Below, piece by piece: positions 59,220 to 64,000 of a stretch of 64,000 bases of DNA (position 1 is its first letter; every line of letters starts with the position of its first letter). This DNA comes from an uncultured bacterium (GTDB lineage: Bacteria; Babelota; Babeliae; Babelales; JABCYS01). The stretch covers positions 32,001-96,000 of the forward strand of contig CAVPKK010000005.1 in assembly GCA_963705705.1 (NCBI GenBank), given 5' to 3'. The notes under the pieces are model-generated. The model saw only the letters and a list, made by a program, of their open reading frames with translations. It did not search any database and had not been told where the DNA came from. The position numbers were made by a program, and so were the translations under genes.

Positions 59220-59683
59220 GAAAATTCCTTTGTTGTATTAACTATTACCACCTCAATATAAAGAAGCTTGGGGCCAAAAAGCAAGAGTTGGAAAGATGGG
59301 ATGTCGCCTCGGCCGATTCAGAAGCTTTGGCGGCATAATGGATTTGGTTTTTGGTCTATTGATTAAGCTTTATATGGGTCCACGAAAAAAAGCCTTTCAT
59401 AGGCTCAAATGGCGGAACTTTCTCAGGTTGTCCCATATGCTTATATGGCAAACTGACCAATTCGACGCTAGATCCTATGGCGGCCAAACATAGGTTTTTT
59501 GAGTAAGAAATCAGGAAAAAGTCATTATAAAATCAATAAAAGTTGCTCTCTTTGTCATGCTGAAATGCAGAGAAATCAAAAGCGAAATTCAGCTTGGACG
59601 GAAATTGATGTTTTCATCACAATTCCAATGAAAATTCACAAAAAAAGCTAGGGAATGCTTAGAGAAGTTTTAGCAAAGAGAAT

Positions 59684-60610
59684 CTAAGTGATGTCGATGC
59701 CCAATTCTGCGGCGACTGCTTTTGGATCATTAGCGTCTAACCCAATAACATTGTATTTCGAAGCTGCAGTTAGGTTATTTTGTTGATCATCAACAATGAA
59801 GCCATTTGAACTGTTGATTTCACCGGTAGCAATAAGAGATGAACTTTCTGCATTTACACGTTGCGGGATCGTTGTATAAAAAGCCACATGTGGTTTTGCT
59901 AAACCCATCTCACCAGAAAAGAGTTGCATATCGCTGTATTCAAATATGTCTGGGAATTGAGCCTTCAATATCGCAGCATGCTTTGGCCAATTGCTGCAAA
60001 TGATGTTGGTATAAATACGAGTCCCTTGCGAATTTGTTGCTTGATGACACAACTTAAATAATATAATGAGCTCAGGATTGTATTTGTTAACTTCTTCGTA
60101 ATGATTGAAATACATATCACATTGTGCGCGGAAAATAGAAGCTTGTAAGCCACTCGTAAACTTACTTGCATTAGCCGCAATCCAAATGTCGATCGATTCC
60201 ATAACCTGGGGGCCTGATAATTTGCCGAGCAAATAGTCCCGTTGCAAGGGAGGCACGGGTTCGTTATTAACACCTAAGATCTCATAATCAGGAGCTTCAA
60301 ATTTTGATGGGATTTTAGAAAGATTGGTAAGGAACAGCTGTTTCATGTGTTCCTTAAAGCTTGGTTTTTGCTCTTGTTCAGACCAGAAAGAACTTACAGT
60401 GTTCCAACCCTTGGATAGCTCATATGCTGCCATATAAGCGGGCATATTAACGTAGCCAAAATATTTTAGGCATTTTGTGCCATCAACTTTTAATAAGGTA
60501 TCACCCAAATCCCAACGAACTGGAATTGGTCCCGATGTTGCTGGCGCAGAAGTTGGTTGTACCATTGAGCAAGTGAATAGAAGAATAAGTGCGAGTGCTA
60601 CGTGTTTCAT
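59684..60610 (-). CDS. HAD-superfamily hydrolase with signal peptide
   Basis: WDLGDTL, SNW, AKP, IVDD...N. Confidence 0.78.
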   Translation of the reverse strand: MKHVALALILLFTCSMVQPTSAPATSGPIPVRWDLGDTLLKVDGTKCLKYFGYVNMPAYMAAYELSKGWNTVSSFWSEQEQKPSFKEHMKQLFLTNLSKIPSKFEAPDYEILGVNNEPVPPLQRDYLLGKLSGPQVMESIDIWIAANASKFTSGLQASIFRAQCDMYFNHYEEVNKYNPELIILFKLCHQATNSQGTRIYTNIICSNWPKHAAILKAQFPDIFEYSDMQLFSGEMGLAKPHVAFYTTIPQRVNAESSSLIATGEINSSNGFIVDDQQNNLTAASKYNVIGLDANDPKAVAAELGIDIT

Positions 60611-60642
60611 ATTTACTCCATTAAATTAAATATATTATTACT

Positions 60643-61497
60643 TCAATTCAATAAACCATATTTGCGGAAAGCTGCAAAAGCCTTTTTGGGATCAATTGGA
60701 ATAATGTTTTCTTGCTCTGCGGCTTGGCGGTTTTCCAGCTGATCATCAATCAGAAACCAAGGAAGATGTTGCTTTTCAGGATACATTTCTCGCGCTCTTT
60801 TAAATATCGCCGGATGAGGTTTCGCTAAATCTTCAACCCCTGAAATTATTTGCGCATCACTGTATTTAAAAATGTCAGAAAATTGTTCTTTTAATATATG
60901 AATATCTCGCGGCCAATTAGAGACGATGATATTGGTATTAAGCCGCTCCCCTTGCGCATTTGTTGCTTGATATGCTCTTCGAAACAATTTAATCAAGGGC
61001 GTGTACGTAAGCATTTCATCATAATTATTAAAATACAGACGGCATGCCGTACGGAATACAGATTTTTGGAATCTATCGGTAAATGCATCAGAATGCTTGC
61101 TAATCCACTCGTCGATCAATTCCAATGCTTCATGGCCAGTAAGTTTGCCTAAAAGGTAATCGCGCTGAATTGGCGGAGTTTCTGTGTGATTAAACTGTAA
61201 ATGCTTGTATTCAGGTGTGGCAAGAGGCGATGGTATTTTTGCAAGAATGCAGGTGAATAGATCTTCTAAATGCTGTTTAAAACCAACGCTGTTTTGCGCG
61301 CAGGCGACAGTATCATTTTGTTTATTAAAAAGACGGTACAGCTTATTTAAAAGATAAGACATCAAATAAGCAAACATATTAAAGTAGCCAAACTCTTTCA
61401 GCGCTTTCTGGGAATCGACGGTTAATAAAGTGCCGCCGATATCCCATAGAATTACGCGTTTTGTAGTTGGTGCTTTTAATATTGCTTCATTGACCAT
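60643..61497 (-). CDS. HAD-superfamily hydrolase (paralog, no signal peptide)
   Basis: WDIGGTL, SNW, AKPHPAIF, LIDD..EN. Confidence 0.8.
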   Translation of the reverse strand: MVNEAILKAPTTKRVILWDIGGTLLTVDSQKALKEFGYFNMFAYLMSYLLNKLYRLFNKQNDTVACAQNSVGFKQHLEDLFTCILAKIPSPLATPEYKHLQFNHTETPPIQRDYLLGKLTGHEALELIDEWISKHSDAFTDRFQKSVFRTACRLYFNNYDEMLTYTPLIKLFRRAYQATNAQGERLNTNIIVSNWPRDIHILKEQFSDIFKYSDAQIISGVEDLAKPHPAIFKRAREMYPEKQHLPWFLIDDQLENRQAAEQENIIPIDPKKAFAAFRKYGLLN

Positions 61498-61551
61498 ACA
61501 GTACTCTTTTTACGGCTTTCATTAATTTAGCCGTTGGTTATCTGGTCCTAT

Positions 61552-61587
61552 CGCGCTATATCCTTTGATCAACTCAGGATGAGCGCG
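61552..61587. repeat. Family-1 element, intergenic
   Basis: CGCGCTATATCCTTTGATCAACTCAGGATGAGCGCG. Confidence 0.85.
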
Positions 61588-61712
61588 GCGTGCGATTTCT
61601 GACGATGAGGGTCTACTATGCGAAAACCGCTCGGTCTGAAGTGCGGCAAAAACCGAAATATAAGCTGCCTACGAAGCCATTGATTGCATAGCGGGTCCAG
61701 GGTTTACCCTGG

Positions 61713-63584
61713 TTAGCGCATGTTGGCTTTAAGAACCTTTTTGCGCAAGCGGATATGGTTTGGTGTAACTTCGACTAATTCGTCTGGGTTGATCCATTCC
61801 ATAGTCGTCTCAAGATCCATAACCAGTGGCGGTGCAAGCATAACCAAGTCATCAGAGCCAGAAGCTCGCATGTTGGTCAGTTTCTTTTCTTTGCACGGAT
61901 TTACATCCATATCATTATCACGGCTATTTTCGCCAATGATCTGACCTTGGTATACCTGTTCGCCGGCGCCGATAAAGAGCGTGCCGCGTTCTTGTAGGTT
62001 ATCTAGGGCATAAGCTGTTGTTTTGCCCGCTTCCATAGAAACTAGAGCACCTTTGGTACGGCTTGGGATTTCGCCCTTAAATGGTTGGTAGCCTGAGAAG
62101 CTCATGGCCATAACACCGGTACCACGTGTATCGGTAAGGAACTGGCCGCGGAAGCCAAAGAGACCGCGAGACGGTACTTCAAATTCTAAACGGATACGAC
62201 CATCAGAGAAGTGGTGGATTTGTTTCAATTCACCCTTCTTCTTGCCTAAGCGCTCTATAATGATGCCTTGGAATTCACTTGGTACGTCAATGATTACATA
62301 CTCAATCGGTTCATTGCGTTCGCCGTTGATATTTTTATAGATAACTTCTGGCGCTGAGATTTGTAGTTCAAACCCTTCACGTCGCATGTTTTCAACCAAA
62401 ATGCCAAGGTGAAGCTGGCCGCGGCCCATCACTTTAAAGCGATCAGGCGAATCGGTTGGTTCAACACGCAAAGCCACGTTGGTGCGCAGTTCTTTATCTA
62501 AACGATCTTTAAGATGGCGTGCAGTTACATACTTACCATCTCTACCATTGAACGGTGAGTCATTGATGCAGAAATACATCGACACTGTTGGCTCATCGAT
62601 GGCAACATATGGGCATGGCAATGGTTTGCCGACCGCACACAACGTCGTATTAATCTTGATGTCATGATCAAAGCCAGCTATGGCGATAATGTCACCATAT
62701 TGTGCTTTTGCCACTTCAACCTTTTTAAGGCCTTCAAACATGTAAATTTTGGTAACTTTCATTGGCTGACTGACGACATCATCTTTGCAGCAGATGAACT
62801 GATCGCCCACGTTAATCGAGCCACTGTTTACGCGACCGATAGCCAGAAGGCCAAGATAGTCGGAACGATCAAGCGAGGTAACCAGAATCTGGAGACCTTC
62901 ATCAGATTTAGGGCGTGGAGCAGGGATTGTTTTAAGAATCACCTTAAACAAAGGTTCCATAGAGCCTGTTGTTGTACCTTCAACGAGTTTTTTGGCTTCG
63001 TCGCGTGAAGTGGTCATATAGCCATTACGAGATGAGCCATAGAGCACAGGGAAGTCTAGCTGATCTTCGCTGGCAGCTAGATCAAGGAAAAGGTCATGAA
63101 TTTGGGATTCGGTGCGGTCAATATCCGCATCTTTTCGGTCAATTTTATTAATAAGGACGATCGGCTTGAGCTTAAGATCGAGCGCCTTGCGGAGTACAAA
63201 ACGGGTACCAGGAAGTACACCTTCTGCCGCATCTACGAGCAATAAGAACCCTTCAACCATCTGGAGAGTACGCTCTACCTCACCACCAAAATCACTGTGG
63301 CCAGGGGTGTCAACGATGTTAATGCGATGGCCCTGGTATGAAACACCGGTATTTTTGGCCAAAATCGTGATCCCGCGTTCCCGCTCAAGGTCATTGGAGT
63401 CCATGGCGCGGTCAACTTGATCTGCCTCGGCAGATCCGCCCGCGCGGAAAAGCTGGTCAACCAGGGTCGTTTTTCCATGGTCAACGTGGGCAATAATAGC
63501 GATATTACGGACTTCGTCCCGAGCTGGGCCGGTGGCCAGGTTAGTGGCATTTTGGGTTATATTTTCTTGATTCATAGATGTCAT
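61713..63584 (-). CDS. typA: Translational GTPase TypA/BipA
   Basis: [47 protein letters not shown]. Confidence 0.97.
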   Translation of the reverse strand: MTSMNQENITQNATNLATGPARDEVRNIAIIAHVDHGKTTLVDQLFRAGGSAEADQVDRAMDSNDLERERGITILAKNTGVSYQGHRINIVDTPGHSDFGGEVERTLQMVEGFLLLVDAAEGVLPGTRFVLRKALDLKLKPIVLINKIDRKDADIDRTESQIHDLFLDLAASEDQLDFPVLYGSSRNGYMTTSRDEAKKLVEGTTTGSMEPLFKVILKTIPAPRPKSDEGLQILVTSLDRSDYLGLLAIGRVNSGSINVGDQFICCKDDVVSQPMKVTKIYMFEGLKKVEVAKAQYGDIIAIAGFDHDIKINTTLCAVGKPLPCPYVAIDEPTVSMYFCINDSPFNGRDGKYVTARHLKDRLDKELRTNVALRVEPTDSPDRFKVMGRGQLHLGILVENMRREGFELQISAPEVIYKNINGERNEPIEYVIIDVPSEFQGIIIERLGKKKGELKQIHHFSDGRIRLEFEVPSRGLFGFRGQFLTDTRGTGVMAMSFSGYQPFKGEIPSRTKGALVSMEAGKTTAYALDNLQERGTLFIGAGEQVYQGQIIGENSRDNDMDVNPCKEKKLTNMRASGSDDLVMLAPPLVMDLETTMEWINPDELVEVTPNHIRLRKKVLKANMR

Positions 63585-63687
63585 TTCGTTGAAACTCCCT
63601 TTTTCAAAGAATTTTATGTCTTTTAAAGTTTTCTAATGGTAACAATTAAGCTTGATTTTGCAAAAGGTCTGGGTGCCTTTTTGAGGC

Positions 63688-63722
63688 AAAAAAGGGCCTG
63701 CTCCGGTAGGAACAAGCCCTTT
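63688..63722 (-). terminator. Intrinsic terminator after rpsR
   Basis: Minus strand GGGCTTGTTCC-tac-CGGAGCAGGCCC-T6. Confidence 0.75.
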
Positions 63723-63737
63723 CTGTTTGTGGTCAGC

Positions 63738-64000
63738 TTAATACTGGGCTGCGGTATATGGCAGGAGGGCCATCATACGTGACATTTTGATATTGTCAGC
63801 CAAGAACCGCTGGTGCTTGGTGCAGGTGCCAGATATACGAGAAGGCACAATCTTGCTTCGGGCTGTTAAGAATGACCGGAGGAACCCAGCATTCTTATAG
63901 TCCAGCATGCCCGCTTGCTCAGTAGAATTGCAGAAGCGGCAGTGCCTTTTGGTTGATCCGTTGCGGCGGCTACGCTTTTTAAGTAACCGGGCACTGATTT
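63738..64000 (-). CDS. rpsR: 30S ribosomal protein S18, zinc-binding (C+) type, 5' truncated by window edge
   Basis: CRFC...LDYKN...L..FLT...KIVPSRISGTCTKHQR.LA..IK..R..ALLPY (absent from the supplied ORF track). Confidence 0.93.
   Translation of the reverse strand, partial: ISARLLKKRSRRNGSTKRHCRFCNSTEQAGMLDYKNAGFLRSFLTARSKIVPSRISGTCTKHQRFLADNIKMSRMMALLPYTAAQY

Noticed and set aside
59296..59493. 65-aa ORF
   Set aside because: No motif or clear RBS, and it is opposite to the neighbouring genes.
59554..59599. GTCATGCTGAA...TTCAGCTTGGAC imperfect inverted repeat
   Set aside because: It is a single weak copy and cannot be assigned as an element or terminator.
2361..61587. Family-1 repeats (~36 bp, palindromic) as a CRISPR array
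   Set aside because: Copies are dispersed or nested, not regularly spaced with unique spacers, and there are no cas genes.
1..64000. Many short antisense or overlapping ORFs in the track; tRNA, rRNA, IS or prophage genes
   Set aside because: Shadow ORFs overlap well-supported genes and lack motifs; no tRNA, rRNA, transposase, integrase or phage signatures were seen.

Overview
A 64 kb bacterial chromosomal window with no tRNA, rRNA, CRISPR or recognisable transposase. It mixes core genes (tpiA, secG, mlaEF, eno, aspS, nfo, infB, nusA, murE, tsaB, rsmE, gpmI, truA, typA, rpsR), a type II secretion cluster with two secretins, and many signal-peptide-bearing paralogous proteins (ankyrin, Sel1, kinase-like, HAD, beta-helix). 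This content suggests a protist-associated bacterium such as Ca. Dependentiae (TM6/Babelota); the taxonomy is an inference. Main observations: (1) A family of short palindromic elements (core CCTTCGA-N4-CTCAGGA(C/T)GAGCG) occurs about a dozen times. Copies are intergenic, nested inside one another at a shared target site, or inserted in frame in conserved genes (gspD, infB, tsaB twice, truA, the rsmE stop, probably eno). A second element family occupies the gspD2 signal-peptide region. (2) An oriC-like region at about 38.9-39.4 kb (AT-rich tract, DnaA-trios, GC spacer, DnaA boxes) lies directly next to an isolated, frameshifted 3' fragment of dnaA. (3) Three secreted paralogs carry a possible R-S-E ADP-ribosyltransferase signature. 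(4) A beta-barrel gene is split by a 1-nt frameshift in an A6 run. All assignments come from reading motifs by eye; no searches were run.
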